Program-made: the position numbers and the translations under genes | DNA from: Dicyema japonicum | Lineage: Eukaryota > Animalia > Dicyemida | Assembly: GCA_011109175.1 (NCBI GenBank) | Contig: RDEW01000019.1 | Location: 1-64,000 of the forward strand | Length of the DNA stretch: 64,000 nucleotides | Direction: 5' to 3' | Notes under the pieces: generated by a model | The model's input: the letters and a program-made list of their open reading frames with translations, nothing else | What the model was told of the DNA's origin: nothing | The model's database searches: none | Shown: in pieces, positions 1 through 13,390 of the stretch | Numbering within the stretch: the first letter of the stretch is position 1 | Layout: each line of letters begins with the position of its first letter

Positions 1-320
1 AAACAAAATTTTATTTGAGGAACTTAAAGGTCCTTCTGGCTGAACTTAACTCTGATGACATCGGATCTGAATGTCATGTTTTCGAATCCGAAAGATTGAG
101 GTTTCAGCGAAGGTCAATTCTTGTCGAACAGATCCCTCCCGTGAGGTGACGAGTCATTTTGGCACGACATAGTAGTTACTAAAGATCTTCCTACCTTTCT
201 CCCTGACCAAATCTTTTGATGAAGATTGTATTACAAAAACCGGATTTGATTATTTTTAATAATGTCTGACACATATAATATCTGTCGCTCTTATTATAAA
301 TATTTTACATGTGTTCTATA

Positions 321-800
321 TAATGTTTATCTCTTTATATGACAATAATAAGCTTTGTCAAAAATATTATAGAATATCAATCCATAGTGAGCATTCTAAA
401 TGGTGATTCTGTACAGACACCTTCAAGACAAGCGAAATACAAATTAATGAAAAAATCCGAGAAATTTATTGTTATTGATGGTCGATTTACCTCAATACGA
501 AAAATTTAAAAAAACAGACTAGTTGGTTGCATGGATAACGAGTCAGAAATGCGAACTATTGCGGAGTCTATACATAGAAATAGTCATTCGGGGATTTGTA
601 AACTGCAGCAAAAAAGTTTGCAATCTGACTATGTCACAAGATATAACTAAACATAGATACAACAACTTTTGAAAATCTGGTTTGAAACTACATCCCTATG
701 CGGCCTTCGACCGCTGTTCTTCAGATAGACACAACGTTCATCTATCAATGTATGATTTTTCTATTGGAAATGAAGTATTTGTAGTGAATAAATTAGATAC
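321..800 (+). mobile_element. Degenerate Gypsy/Gin-like integrase remnant
   Basis: Frame at ~540-617 reads ESEMRTIAESIHRNSHSGICKLQQK, resembling the H-x3-H-x-G start of the integrase zinc-binding domain; no intact ORF. Confidence 0.3.
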
Positions 801-1284
801 GAGTTTTAGAAGATGAGACTATCCATCGCTTAAGTTGAGCACAGTTTAATCTTCATATGAAGAGCCAAGCAAAATTACTCAAATTTTGTCAAACAACCGA
901 ATCGAGGTTTATTTAATTTTTAATTACAGATTAAGTCAGGATCAGGAGAATTGAAAGTAGTCGAGTCAAGAAAATATGGACTTAAAAAAATAATTCTTTG
1001 ATTTTTGATTAGAAACGACAGGTGACATGTCGATTGGAAATGTAAAATTTTGTGCATTTTATATATAAATTATTATTTTGCTAAAAATATTAATCTCTTG
1101 TGATAATAATTATTATGGGTGGAGCATGGCTTGGAGCAATATGTCGCCTCCGTGATGATGACGCATCCCACACTGGTTACATGTCACCCGTCAATCAACT
1201 TTTAAACACATGCTAGATGTAATAATTAATGTGGCTATGATCATTTTTAATCGTTTTTCATAAATATTCAGCATGTGGTCTATA

Positions 1285-1413
1285 AAATGTTTATCTTTTC
1301 ATATGGTAATAATAGGCTTTTCAAAAATATTAAGGATTTCAATCCATAGTGAGCATTCTAAATGATGAGTCTGTGCAGACATCTTCAAGACATGCGAAAT
1401 ACAAATTAATGAA
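1285..1413 (+). repeat. Diverged direct repeat of ~321-452
   Basis: Both copies share caatccatagtgagcattctaaatg and gcgaaatacaaattaatgaa. Confidence 0.8.
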
Positions 1414-1559
1414 CAAGGAAGTCTGGTTGCGGGAACGGGTACATCTTGTTCTACAGGCTAAATCTAAGGGTTCGTAACCTGAAGATCATACCCCAAAAAT
1501 TGTGTGAGTTTGTTTACCTGAAAGTACGAGTGGAAAATATGTGGATGAAAATTGGAGGA

Positions 1560-2700
1560 ATGTATTCTAAAAAAGTTATATTTATATTCTTATCTTATCG
1601 AGAATTTTTTTAATGATGAAAATGAACGTTTGGGGTGACTTTAACTAGAGAGATACGTCGTTTGGTTGTTTGGTTACAAACAGAGACGGTCTTGTTTTGA
1701 AGTAAATGTATGTGTCTCTGGGTTTTCCGTTGTAATGTCCTCGACCCCGAATCACTTCTCTAAGTGGTTTGGATTCTTTGGAAATGAAGTTTTTGAATAG
1801 CTCAGTGGAGCGAAATGTATAGAAAAAAACCCACACTTTTTGAAATTTTATAATAAAATAACCGGACGTAAGTCTAGAAAAGAATTTCCATTGTTGCAAT
1901 GTCATGAAGGGTCTCCTGTATTTTTAATAGAAATTCCTTACCTGTTTGAGGATGAACTTTCGAAAATAAAGCTGGTTAACCCTAATGAGCGACTGTCTCA
2001 TTTGGCTCTTATTTTTCAAAAAGAAAAGCTGGAAAAAGTAAATAGTTCTTTACCTCCACGTTTCGAAAATAAAGCTGGTTAACCCTAATGAGCGACTGTC
2101 TCATTTGGCTCTTATTTTTCAAAAAGAAAAGCTGGAAAAAGTAAATAGTTCTTTACCTCCACGTCAGAGCCCTATAAATGGTAAAGAAGTTGAACATGAG
2201 GTAAAATACACTAAAGACAATGCTCTTGAAAGGACAAAATTGCTATTCGCTTATTCAAGGATGCACCCTAGGTACTCTATGAATATATGGGATGTCCATA
2301 TACGTGCAGTATCAGGTTGGTACATATAAATTCTTATTGGAAATTGACGGAGGTCATTGCTATTCGCTTATTCAAGGATGCACCCTAGGTACTCTATGAA
2401 TATATGGGATGTCCATATACGTGCAGTATCAGGTTGGTACATATAAACTTTTATTGGAAATTGACGGAGGCCAAGATGATACGTAAATCTGGGAAACCTT
2501 TGTACTTAACAACCAGTTATAGGCCCATAAGCCTCATACCATTTATCTCAAGAGTTATGGAAAAAAATATATTTTACAGAGTCTCTGAAAATATAAAACG
2601 TAATGGTATATTAAAATATCATCTATGGTGTTTTCGAAGTAATTTTATGGAACATGCTAAATATAAAAGAAAAAGCTATGAACGCTCTGTTCTGCGTTAG
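1560..2700 (+). mobile_element. Degenerate Jockey-like LINE ORF2 fragment
   Basis: ORF 2404-2700 contains RKSGKPLYLTTSYRPISL (the PK..K....SYRPISL pre-RT motif). The 5' part is homologous to ~34300-34930. Confidence 0.6.
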
Positions 2701-3136
2701 AAAATTAAATCTCAAGCAGGAGACCTTTGTTTATGTCTTCAACACTGCAATACTTATTCGAAAAAGAGAGACTAGATCCTCAAGAATTGACCTTTTGGGT
2801 GAACAATAACAACTCATATGACGATCAAAGGTGGTCCACCTTTGATATTGTGTTCCTTTGTCGTCGAAGGAATAAGGAACATCAAAAGAAAAGTACATAA
2901 TTTCCACTTTAGCTTGGATTATAAAACTATTACCGATATATCTATAAAGATTCTTGTCAAACCTCTGATAAAATTGATCAGCTTCTAATCCTATGGTACA
3001 CAGTTCTGTTTGATATTCTGTAGTTCTCCTTTAAAAACAATGTTTTTCACAGTTGGTTCATTTTTTCTTAGTATGTATCTATGTATACCCAAGAAAGTTA
3101 GCAATGTTAAGGAAATAAGGAAAACATAATCATTTA

Positions 3137-3250
3137 GGCGGGTGGCATAGTGGTTAGGTGTCGGGCTAAAGTTGCGTAGGTTACGGTTTCGATTCTCGCT
3201 GCTGTTCACTTGGTTGAAGGTTCCATTCATCTACGATGCTAAAAGGGCTT
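3137..3250 (+). mobile_element. tRNA-headed SINE, 5' partial copy
   Basis: A-box-like TGGCATAGTGG and B-box-like GGTTTCGATTC, followed by ctcgctgctgttcac as in the full copy at 41137-41592. Confidence 0.75.
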
Positions 3251-4334
3251 AACTAAATTTGTGAGTGAACTCAAGAAAATAGCAGTAAGCAAAAAGGGTA
3301 CTATTTCTAAAGGAGCGAAAACCAGATGACCACAACTGTTAAAGAGAGTACGAGCACCAGTGCTGCGATACGTTTCAGCTTTTTTAATAGGAATAGCCTC
3401 ATTCTTCATAAAGATTTTTGGTTCGACACAGAGCTGTCTTTTGTAAGTGTAAGCAGATTGACAGAATACTTTGTACGTGATGTGTCGAGTGGAGTTATCC
3501 ATGAGGGATAACCAAGAAATGATACCTTTCTTCCTCTCATGTTTCTGTTTTAATAAAATTTAATACTGCTAAGATCAAAATTTATGTGGATTTGAGACTG
3601 AGTCACTGAATTTTAATCAAGACAAGCAGGAAGTCTATGTCTTTCCTAAATGGGAGAGACATTTGACCAATGTCAAAAGTTACCACCGTGAAACCCATAG
3701 TTCCTTTAGTTTTATTACCCTTAGTTAATCATACCCAGTTAATATGATAACAGAAGCAGAGAGACTTTTTTTCCCTTTTTGACTTTTCATGTCACACGCA
3801 AGTCAACCAAAAACTATCACAAATGGAAGAAAAAATCTATTCCCTGAAGTTGTGGAACCCTTCAATGACGTGGGGAAGAGTAAATGGCTTTTATTCCATC
3901 CTAGCACTAGTGTCACCCGAGACATCAAATGACACCACCCTTTGAAATGAGAAAGATTAGGAAAGAAAAGTAGAGAGAAACCTTCAACCAAAAGCCATTA
4001 GGGGAACTAAACCCGGGATAATTGCTATATTAGGACATCCTACCTGCTAAGCGACCTGAAGTGCTATTGTGAGAGGCAGCACCACGTCAGGAGGAATAAA
4101 TGATTAAAACTTAATAACTGTTCTTATTATTCGATAAATTCATTATAAAAGCTTTATTGGAAAATAAGTAATATTCATGTAAATTAGTTATACGGATGAC
4201 TGGTAAATTCCATTAAATGTATTTTCAGCCACAAACAATGTCCCCGATTCAGACGAGACTGTTTCTTTGAGATAAACAGATGACTGAATATTAGTTGCAT
4301 CACCATTCTTTGGAGTGCTTTCCTACAAATTGGT

Positions 4335-5840
4335 TCATAAAACGACCTGTCTCATGTCGATGTGATCACTTGTTGGGAGATTGATTTTCTCAGCGGAATA
4401 GTGGCGGAGGAATTTCACAACCACGAATATTGAAAAGATGAAGAGCATGATTGCAATAATTGTGATCGACATTGCATATGTGAGTCTTAATTCACGGTGT
4501 TTACTTTCTTTTTTTGCAATATTAATTCCATCAGGGACCACGTGTTTGCTGACAAAAGTCACACAAATTGTAGTGGAGCCGAAAAACGTGCGATCAATGT
4601 CACAAACCAATTCGAGGCACTTGGTGTTGTTTTTACTCTCCTTTGGCTGCTTTTGGTTTACGAGCAGAAAACTCCGTTCACTAAGATATTTGAGTCCGAG
4701 GATTCCAGATGGTTCGACATAACATGTGGCAACTCCATTTGCATTACTCTCGACAGCCACATAAGCAAGAGGAGTTCCTGCTTTCGAAGTACTTGAAATT
4801 TCAAATAAATCCGAATCTCCGACATTGCTCACTGATATTTGGACTGCATTTTCCGAGAAGTTGTTAAGGGAGGTAAATTCGACAAAAATCAAGCAATAGT
4901 CGCACAACTGCCCACAGCAAACGCTAGCATTCAGTCTTATAGGGTTTCGAGCATGGAATACAGTCATAAAGTCGTTCTTGATTTTAACAGTCCCGTTCGT
5001 AAGGTCTATCGAGAAACCATTAGCATTTCCAACAAATCCAAAACGAATGGTAGTAATCCCTTCGATGGAACGGGAGAGGTCGTTCGACTGATAAAATGCT
5101 CTGAGTTTGGTTACAACCATTTCAGAAGTAAAAGGCGGGGAAAGTGATATCGTCAAAGTTTTATAGTCAAATCTTGGTCGGAGACAACTTTTGTTTGTCT
5201 TTTTTGAAACTTCGACTGTGAGAGACCCCCGAAGGGCAGGACTCCCGAAGTCGATGCAATGAACTTGCACATAATTCTTGATATCAACTCTCCTATTGTC
5301 AATCCTGATTTTCAGATGATCAGGATCTCCTGAAGATAATTCTGTCCACACCATGTGGGGATCAATAAAACATGATTTGATCCCAAAAAGTGGACTGTCG
5401 TAATCATACGGAGTTGGAAGTTCAAATTCAGTAAAATTCACGGAATCCTCAACTTCGAATTTAATGTAATCTGGATAAAATGTTGGGGGGTTGTTATTCA
5501 CGTCGAGAATTCTCACTTTTATGTTATATGTTCTGAACTCGTCTTCTGAAGCAGCCCCGACTTTGAATGTCACGTTACAATCCTTCTGACCGCGACATCT
5601 TAACAGGCTCTCGCGGTAAATCAACAGAACAGTCCGTATTATGCCAGTTTCCTTCTCCACGGAAAAGTAGCTGCCGTCCATATCGTGGGATAGTTTGAAA
5701 AATAAAACTTTGTGATTTTGAGTCGTGCTTGGGATCTGTCCCACAAAGCTGCCCGCCTCGGATTCCTCGATGATTTCATATAGGAGTTCCTTCGTGGTAG
5801 AGAATTGGAGGAGAATAGCCAGAATAAGCGGATTCGTCAT
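4335..5840 (-). CDS. Protocadherin-like type I membrane protein (501 aa, intronless)
   Basis: Signal-peptide-like N-terminus, EC1 with EE, YRE(S) and LDVNNNPPTF, EC2 with YDYDSP and DFGSPAL, a C-terminal TM (AMSITIIAIMLFIFSIFVVV) and a short tail. Confidence 0.85.
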   Translation of the reverse strand: MTNPLILAILLQFSTTKELLYEIIEESEAGSFVGQIPSTTQNHKVLFFKLSHDMDGSYFSVEKETGIIRTVLLIYRESLLRCRGQKDCNVTFKVGAASEDEFRTYNIKVRILDVNNNPPTFYPDYIKFEVEDSVNFTEFELPTPYDYDSPLFGIKSCFIDPHMVWTELSSGDPDHLKIRIDNRRVDIKNYVQVHCIDFGSPALRGSLTVEVSKKTNKSCLRPRFDYKTLTISLSPPFTSEMVVTKLRAFYQSNDLSRSIEGITTIRFGFVGNANGFSIDLTNGTVKIKNDFMTVFHARNPIRLNASVCCGQLCDYCLIFVEFTSLNNFSENAVQISVSNVGDSDLFEISSTSKAGTPLAYVAVESNANGVATCYVEPSGILGLKYLSERSFLLVNQKQPKESKNNTKCLELVCDIDRTFFGSTTICVTFVSKHVVPDGINIAKKESKHRELRLTYAMSITIIAIMLFIFSIFVVVKFLRHYSAEKINLPTSDHIDMRQVVL

Positions 5841-6949
5841 ATAAAATTACTACGCGAGGATGAGTATTTATTAATTAAAAATCGCCGACCAGCAAATCAA
5901 TTAGCCAGGAAATAAAATTAAAACTCGAGTAAATCGTTAAATTATCGACAATCTACAATTGTGTATTAATAATTAGTATTGTCCACGTCGCAGTTGGAAT
6001 ACACAAACTCAGGTCGACGTATGTTACTCAAATGTGTCCATATATGACTCAACAGTCTGCTTATTATTATCGATTTCCACTTCAATTTATTGATATATTT
6101 TGTCGGTTTTTTTTCACGTGACTTACTCTTTTATCAATTTAACAATGACTGAGCCAAAATTTCTAAACTAGTTTAATATTCCCATTAACACGACCCAAAA
6201 TGACAGTTCCCAAACAATAGTTTACTGAGAATGTCAGCAGGGTTAATTAGATTTATTTAGAACTCGGAGGATTCCTTGCCAGAAAGAAAAGGGATCAACG
6301 AGAAGGGTTATGGCTAAAACAAAAGATTGGAATAGCCATACTCCGAGGGAACTCGTTCACAATCCACGCAGCAGGCTTCCTCAACTGACATTTGTTTAAT
6401 TGTTAAAAAAATTTTTTGTTTAAAAAAAATTAAATTTATTAACAAGAAGTCAAGCAGTGTTAAAAATGGGGGACATTTGAAATAACACGGTTCTTGCCTA
6501 GAAATGCATGGACTCTTTACTGGGGTCCTTCTCCAACCAATCAATCCACAGTAAGCTTAACATACAAAGGCAGGTCACAGGTTCCCATATAGAATGCCGT
6601 TATTTTCTTCTCCGTCTCTGGTCTTAGTAATTTCTCTTGTTCCTTATATATTTTGGCGTCAGATCTCATTTGATAATACCTGAAGCTTAATTGAACCTAT
6701 TTTTAGTTTTGAGAAGATAATCTGTTATTATTTGTCTATTTATAGTGTCTTACAATTTTATCGACCTCGAGAATACAACACGATTGATCTTGTTAAAACT
6801 AAAGATCGGCAAGCAAAAATGAGTAAGGGAAAACTCAGAAGAACGCAACGGTTCTACCAAAGTATTGTCCATGAAAATGTGGGGAAATTCACAAAATTAA
6901 AAGTGAAAATAATTTGATTTTGAGATTTGCTCAAAATAAGCGTAAAACA

Positions 6950-7750
6950 CTAAATATGAAAAAACTGTTTGTGACAAAAGAAGTATTACCGAGCTTTCAT
7001 TCACATCTTTACGACTTCATTACAGACAGTTTACAGTAACCCACTATCTATTATCTTCGACTAATAATTTGGTTGAGGTGGTGAAGTCTCTTTCTTCCGC
7101 TTTACGTCACCAAAGAATTCGGAATGATTCATTTTCATTTTCTCTTCGTTCAATGTTAGGGGGTTCACACGAAAATGTAAGAGAAACACTATGTGAGGAC
7201 CTACAGGCAACCCTGTGTGGTGCCTATAAGAGACGAAAATGAAGGATGGATTAGACTAAACCTATGGAGACTACCATGGATTAATCAAATTTTACAAGAC
7301 GTTCAATCTATTCCTATGTAATACAGCATTCCGAATGTCCTCGCGACACAAAACTACCTGGAAGGGCTACAGAAAGGATTATTCGACTGGTGGTGCTAGG
7401 ATATTTAATCAGATTGATTATATCATCCCCCGTTACAAAGAAGAATGCATACTGCGTGGTTCTCGGTCATATGTTGGAGCTATCATGGATAGGAATAATA
7501 AGATTATTAATCACAAAAATACTTCACTCAGAAAATTGCAATTTCCATGCGTTCCCATATATCTCAAAGAGAACGGGGACTTCAGATAAAATTTTTAAAA
7601 ATGTGATAAATGAAGCAGAATATGTCATAAACAAAAATACTTCACTCAGAAAATTGCAATTTCCATGCGTTCCCATATATCTCAAAGAGAACGGGGACTT
7701 CAGATAAAATTTTTAAAAATGTGATAAATGAAGCAGAATATGTCATAAAG
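6950..7750 (+). mobile_element. Degenerate RTE-like endonuclease fragment
   Basis: ORF 7335-7589 has TTWKG...NQIDYII, typical of the APE C-terminus of RTE-type ORF2. It includes a tandem duplication at ~7512-7750. Confidence 0.5.
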
Positions 7751-8381
7751 GTATCATTTGATAGTTCGTTTCGAGATTAACTAGTATGAAGCACAAATGG
7801 CCCATCTACTAATTTTGTTTAGGGTGCTGGTTATCTTTGAATGGGTCAGGAATTCACAATTTCTACAAAAAATATGTCCAATCTTGTCATCCAAAAATTT
7901 CTTGTAACTCGGTGTAACAAACATGAAAATATTCAAAATTCAGCAAGAATGGTTTCCTAAGAAGACGTCCAGAACGTTTGATCATCTATGAATTCTTCAA
8001 TAATCCCTGTAGATTACAAGTAACCATATTTTATGAATAAAACTTTTGGAATACAAGTTTATCTTTTATTCTAGATTTTTCTATATTTAGCCCTACAGTT
8101 GGAGACACTCCAAGTCCACTGATAACCTGATAAATGTCCATTACGTCACATTTGTGGTAACTCAAGCGAGAATATCTAATGCAACTGGAAAGGTGTCATC
8201 GTCCATTTTATGCCATGATGGCATAGGACGCTAGGTGGACCACATGAAGCCACGCTAATCCATAACAAAAAACATAAGTCTTCAATCAGAAAGCCATAGG
8301 CAATCAGAATAACGTGTTCATACCGTCAGAAAATATTAAAAGAAACGTAAAAAACATGAAATCATAGAAAAATCATACAAA

Positions 8382-11225
8382 CTAAGAATCATGCACATCA
8401 TGGGTGAGAGTAACCACATAATTGGACGAGGAGTTCTAATTTTAATAACAAATCCCAACCATCAAAACACAGGTATTATTATCCCCAATAAACAATCTGT
8501 CCATGGGGGTACTACAGACAGAACAAGAAGTGCTATTTGCAGTTTTGAAACCTCCAGAACTCAAGTAATCCCCCAAATCAATCTTAGTGAGAACAGTTGA
8601 GTTAGAATTTGAGGTCACAACCAAATATTTGGATCCTTCCATTTGAGTAAAGTCATGTGGGGGCAACTTCATGAGGCCAAAGATCTCAGGAAACTTAGTC
8701 AGTGACCGAGTGGTTAAAGTCTCGTCCAGACTGACAAATATAACTCGAAGCGGATTCAGGTAGACGAGGGAAACCCAATTTACAGTTTTTCCGTCGATTA
8801 ACCGCTGGGAGAATCTACACGTGGTATGGAATTGAAACCTCGAGACTTTATCGACTGCCTGATCAAATTTTCTACAAAATAAAGACAAAATCTACAAATT
8901 TGTGAGTTTTCTGGAAATTATTGAACTTTCAAAAATAAATTCCTGAAATTTAAAAACTTGAAAACAAAGTGTGGCATAAAAAAAACCATTTCGAGAGAAC
9001 TGGAGAAATATTCAAGAAGCTCGAAAATTGACTTATCAACCAGATCATCTGAAGACAACAGTTCGGATAGTGGACCTCCAAATCAGTCAAAAGTCAACTA
9101 TTTTTAGATCTCAGGGCGAGAAGAAGACGGGGAAAGAACTCTTTAATCCGATCCCTTACTTCATCCTCCGACCTCCAATTGTAGGATGAATCCGATAGGA
9201 ACTAACACTTACTTAGAGAGTAACTTCAGAAACCCGGGTTGTGTACTTCCAAGGGAAAGACTTTGGGTCTTCGAACTGTTGGTCGATCAAATCAAGGACT
9301 TTGTCGCAACCTTCAAAGTTCAAGTCTTCCGTCATCGTTATAACTGAAATTAGAGGAAAAACAACCAGTTTTTAACCACCGGAGAAAGAGGCTGTCGTCT
9401 TGAATGTCCGTATTTGTTAGACTGAAGTAAAATCCCACAAAACTATAAAAGCTGTATAATCTTCACATAGAAAATCCCACCGAAGGTCAAAGAGTCATTC
9501 ACAGGATCTAGAAAGATGCTGCTAAAACACTGCATGTGTTTTTCCAATTCACAGCAAACGAAAGCCTTCAGATCACACAATTTCATGATAGAAAAACAAG
9601 TCAACCTAAAGTAAACAGAAAAAAGTACATAAACAACAATAGAACTGAAGAAACAATATTTTCGTGAACGCTGCGGAGATTGGATGCAAATTTGTTGCCG
9701 ATCGTCTAAATTGAGGGACAACAGTACGGGATTACCGATGGATCGTCTCAGGTAGTCTAGAAAGTCCCTACATCTGGAAATAACAAAAAGGGGCAGACTC
9801 GGTTTTGAATAGAAGAAGCTGAACAAAAGTATAATGGACCGTTTCAGAAGGAGCCTATTATGTAATAAGGCAGCGAACATCAGCGAAAAACTCCATCACA
9901 ACAGTTTCCAACTGGGAGAAGTGGCCTGAACAGGAGGAAGCCAACGTTTTCATAGCTTCTTTTATTTTCTAAAAATTATTGAAAAATAAAGGATTATGAC
10001 AATTTAGAAATTTATGTCAAAATTAAATGAAAAATATAAAATTAAAAAAAATAAATTATTTTAAACNAAAGTATAATGGACCGTTTCAGAAGGAGCCTAT
10101 TATGTAATAAGGCAGCGAACATCAGCGAAAAACTCCATCACAACAGTTTCCAGCTGGGAGAAGTGGCCTGAACAGGAGGAAGCCAACGTTTTCATAGCTT
10201 CTTTTATTTTCTAAAAATTATCGAAAAATAAAGGATTATGACAATTTAGAAATTTATGTCAAAATTAAATGAAAAATATGAAATTAAAAAAAATAAATTA
10301 TTTTAAACGTAGGCGGATGATTAAAATACCTCCATGATTAAAGAGACTGCAAACTTATCTGCAGCTATTCTAAACAGAATTGGAAGAAAATGAGGAAGAT
10401 TAGGCAAGTGTAACTACAAATAAAAGAGAAGAAGACCGTTTCAATATAATTTTCAGATCTTTCCCCCACATGCTCACCAACGACTATAAGTCTCTCGTAG
10501 TCATCAACAAATTCAGCGAAAATGGGCAACTTCAGTTAAAATAAAATTTACCAAATTCTTGTTTTGCAACTCAACCTTGAAATAAATCTTTCCATATAAA
10601 TAGCAGTTAATTAGTCCTTCCGTCCCAATTAACAGAATAGACTTCCTTTAAATTTAAATAAATAAAATTAATTTAAAAATGATTTAAATATAAACTTTGT
10701 GTGGTCAAAGTTTCTTGTGATGTCAGTTGGTTTTGCTGAATCTTTACTGAAAAAATGAGTAAAATTCAAACTTAAAAGAGAAATATTTACGTTTATTGAG
10801 GATAAGGTATTTGGGGAACATTTTGTCACAATCTTTGTTGTCACAATTCAACCAAACTATAAATCCCGCATTCGGAAATTTATCAGTACACGTGGAAATT
10901 ATTTTCCCAGTATCCACCAGAGAAAAGTAAATTTCGCCTGAAACACACAAAATCGCCAATTCTAGGAGTAAGAAGATTCCTCACGTTCTCCGTCTGGTGA
11001 CCATTCAATGAATTTGATTACTTTTGGTTCATTTGGGAGAGATATAACGTGAACTATCTCCAGAGAGAGTCGATAGATTATCACCTTAGAGTAAATCATG
11101 ATTAGTACCCTTGACTCATCTATTATGGCGGCCACTAGATTCACCTTGTCGAGACATTTAAATCCTCTTAATTTGTATTTTATTTCTCGTTCTGATATTT
11201 TAGTGAAACAATTTGTATTTTCCAT
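8382..11225 (-). CDS. ANAPC4: Anaphase-promoting complex subunit 4-like, multi-exon (internal exons only partly resolved)
   Basis: Spliced N-terminus VIIYRLSLEIVHVI..IEWSPDGEQLAI resembles the APC4 WD40 start (VLLHRL..LAWRPDGKLLAF). Middle FLRWLKTVITMTED..TRVSEFLSD resembles FRWLYVAMLRMTED..ERVGQYLKD. Introns of 22-24 nt (e.g. gtgaggaatcttcttactcctag) restore the frame. An N-flanked duplication lies at ~9827-10307. Confidence 0.75.
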
Positions 11226-11379
11226 GTCTCACTAAGCCCGGTTATGTAATTTGTTTGATTTTATTTTAATTTTTAATAAAGTTTAATATTATCAAAATAA
11301 TGGTAAATTAAAAAAGTAAAATATTAAGAGTTGCCCTTGGATGCGGGATCACCATCTGTATTAAACATTATCTTAACTA

Positions 11380-12900
11380 CTCCAGGAGATATGGCAGGTC
11401 GGCATTAATCAAAGAACGAAAAAAACTAGAAAAGTCTGCTCGATTAACCACTGAGGATAAGCTTAGACTGAGGACTTTGAATTATGAATTAAAAAACAGA
11501 AAGATCAAAGCACAAAAATCGAGATGGAAGCATGTGCTCTTTTTGAATGGAAATAAATCCACTGCTGAAGTTTGGAAAACTCTTCGATACGTCTCAAGAA
11601 AAGATGAAAGATCATCTGAGTTGGATCACAGCCAAAAGGATTTTAATAACCTAATAAAATATTATGTGAAAATATCCCATAAGGATCATATGAAGTCGGA
11701 TGTACTCCCTTTATATCTCACTAAACCGAAAAAGAAACCTGATATTATTTACTTCACTGAAAGCGACGTGAGAAATGTATTGAAAATCATTAAAACAACA
11801 TATTCTAACAGACCGGATAAAATCCCAATGATCCTCCTAATGAATCTTGGGGACTATGGAATCACTTCATTAACGAGGATTCTCAACCACTCTATTAACA
11901 AAAATTCTATTTCAGCCTTATGGAAGGTTGCTCACCTACGTACAATTTTGAAACCCGAAAAGTGAAGAAAGACCCGGCTTCATACAGACCGATCGCGTTA
12001 TTGTGTTCGCTGTCAAAAATTCTGGAATGTCTAGTTTTTGCAAAAATCAAAAATTTTATAATGGATTTGTCATTTCAACATGGTTTTAAAGAGGATTAGT
12101 CAACTTCGGCCTATTTATCTGCATTGATAATTTTATACAATATGGTTTTTCACACAGGCCGGAACACATTAAGACTGTACTTTGTTCCATTGACGTTCAC
12201 AAAGCTTTCGACTATGCGTCAAGGAGGATTCTTACTCAAAAGATCCATGGAAAGTTTAAGCTCTGGTTAGCTTACTTCCTTAGTGGTCTGAAAGGAGGCG
12301 TCTGCATTGATCAGTCAAGATCTATTTCCCGGCTTTTTCCTAATAGTGTTTTCAAAGATCCCCTTTGTCTCCATACCTATTTAATCTATTCATTGCAGAT
12401 ATCCCCACACCGGAAGTCGAAATTGATATTATTCTGACTTATGCCGACGACTTTGTCAGTTTGTCACGAGATCAGGACATCCAAATTGCTACTTCGGGAT
12501 TACAACAAAATCTGGACTGTCTTAACGACTGGCTATTGAAGAATTGCCTAACTACCAGTAGTGAGATGGTCGTCACAACCTTATTTACATCAGACAAGAG
12601 TCTGGGAAGACGGACGGTCGATCCGAAGATTCTGACTTTTGCTGTTTAGAAGACTTGGGGTGACTTTTGATATGCATATGCCACTCTCGCCCCCATGTAG
12701 AAAACGTTATAACAAAATGCGAAATAGACTAATGTCTTGTAATGTCTCACTGGCATATGGAAGTACGGAAATCATCCTATTTTGAGTACCATATACAAAC
12801 AATACAGTGAACCATGTATCTCTTATGCATGTGATGTCTGGGCCCATTCATCTCTTGATGTCTTGAAGATCGAGGCTAGCCGAAAAAGAGCCTCCAAAAT
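11380..12900 (+). mobile_element. Degenerate Jockey-like LINE ORF2 (RT)
   Basis: PDKIPM..LWKVAHLRTILKPEK, YRPIALL, SPYLFNLFIADIP and TYADDF motifs are spread over frameshifted ORFs. Confidence 0.85.
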
Positions 12901-13096
12901 TACGGAACGATGGACTTGTGGAGAGTTCCAGCCTCCAATGCCTCTAGAATCCATGATACGCATAGACCGTGGAACGTGCCGTCGTGACTATGAAAATCCA
13001 GTCATTCGCCCGATACGTGCTTCTGTGGTCGAGTGAGGAGCTCGGGCCAAGTTGAGGTCTCGGATAGAGCGTGCTGAAATCACGTGATCAGTTAGT

Positions 13097-13390
13097 TTGT
13101 GTAACCGTGGTCTCTGGTGTTATTATAAGAGTTACCCTTGCACAATAAAGGAACTTGGAAAGCTGAACTTCTTTCACAGGGATCAGCTTCAACATACCCT
13201 TTTTCATAGAACCACTCCAGACTACGGTCCGACATTCTTTAAAAAGAGAACGAGGAACACAGCGATTTCGTGCGAGATCCTGGAGGCAAGATGGAGGCTG
13301 TTTTGACATATATTTTTTCTGGACCTGGAGACCCACGCGAATGTGGCCATGGAAGATTACTTTGTTCTGGACGATCTTCATTTCTGTGGT
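13097..13390 (+). mobile_element. RTE-like LINE 3' fragment
   Basis: LNFFHRDQL..ARWRLF; same family as the 54593-55066 ORF. Confidence 0.75.

Noticed and set aside
1960-2470. Tandem duplications without N (also ~7512-7750, 18350-18600, 21860-21980, 32390-32680, 39400-39600, 52260-52520)
   Set aside because: They have the same size and form as the N-flanked overlaps and are probably gap-filling artefacts; not CRISPR arrays or biological repeats without long-read support.
4438-5147. Plus-strand ORFs inside the protocadherin
   Set aside because: These are antisense shadows with no motifs; the same applies to many short ORFs opposite LINE fragments and ACADVL.
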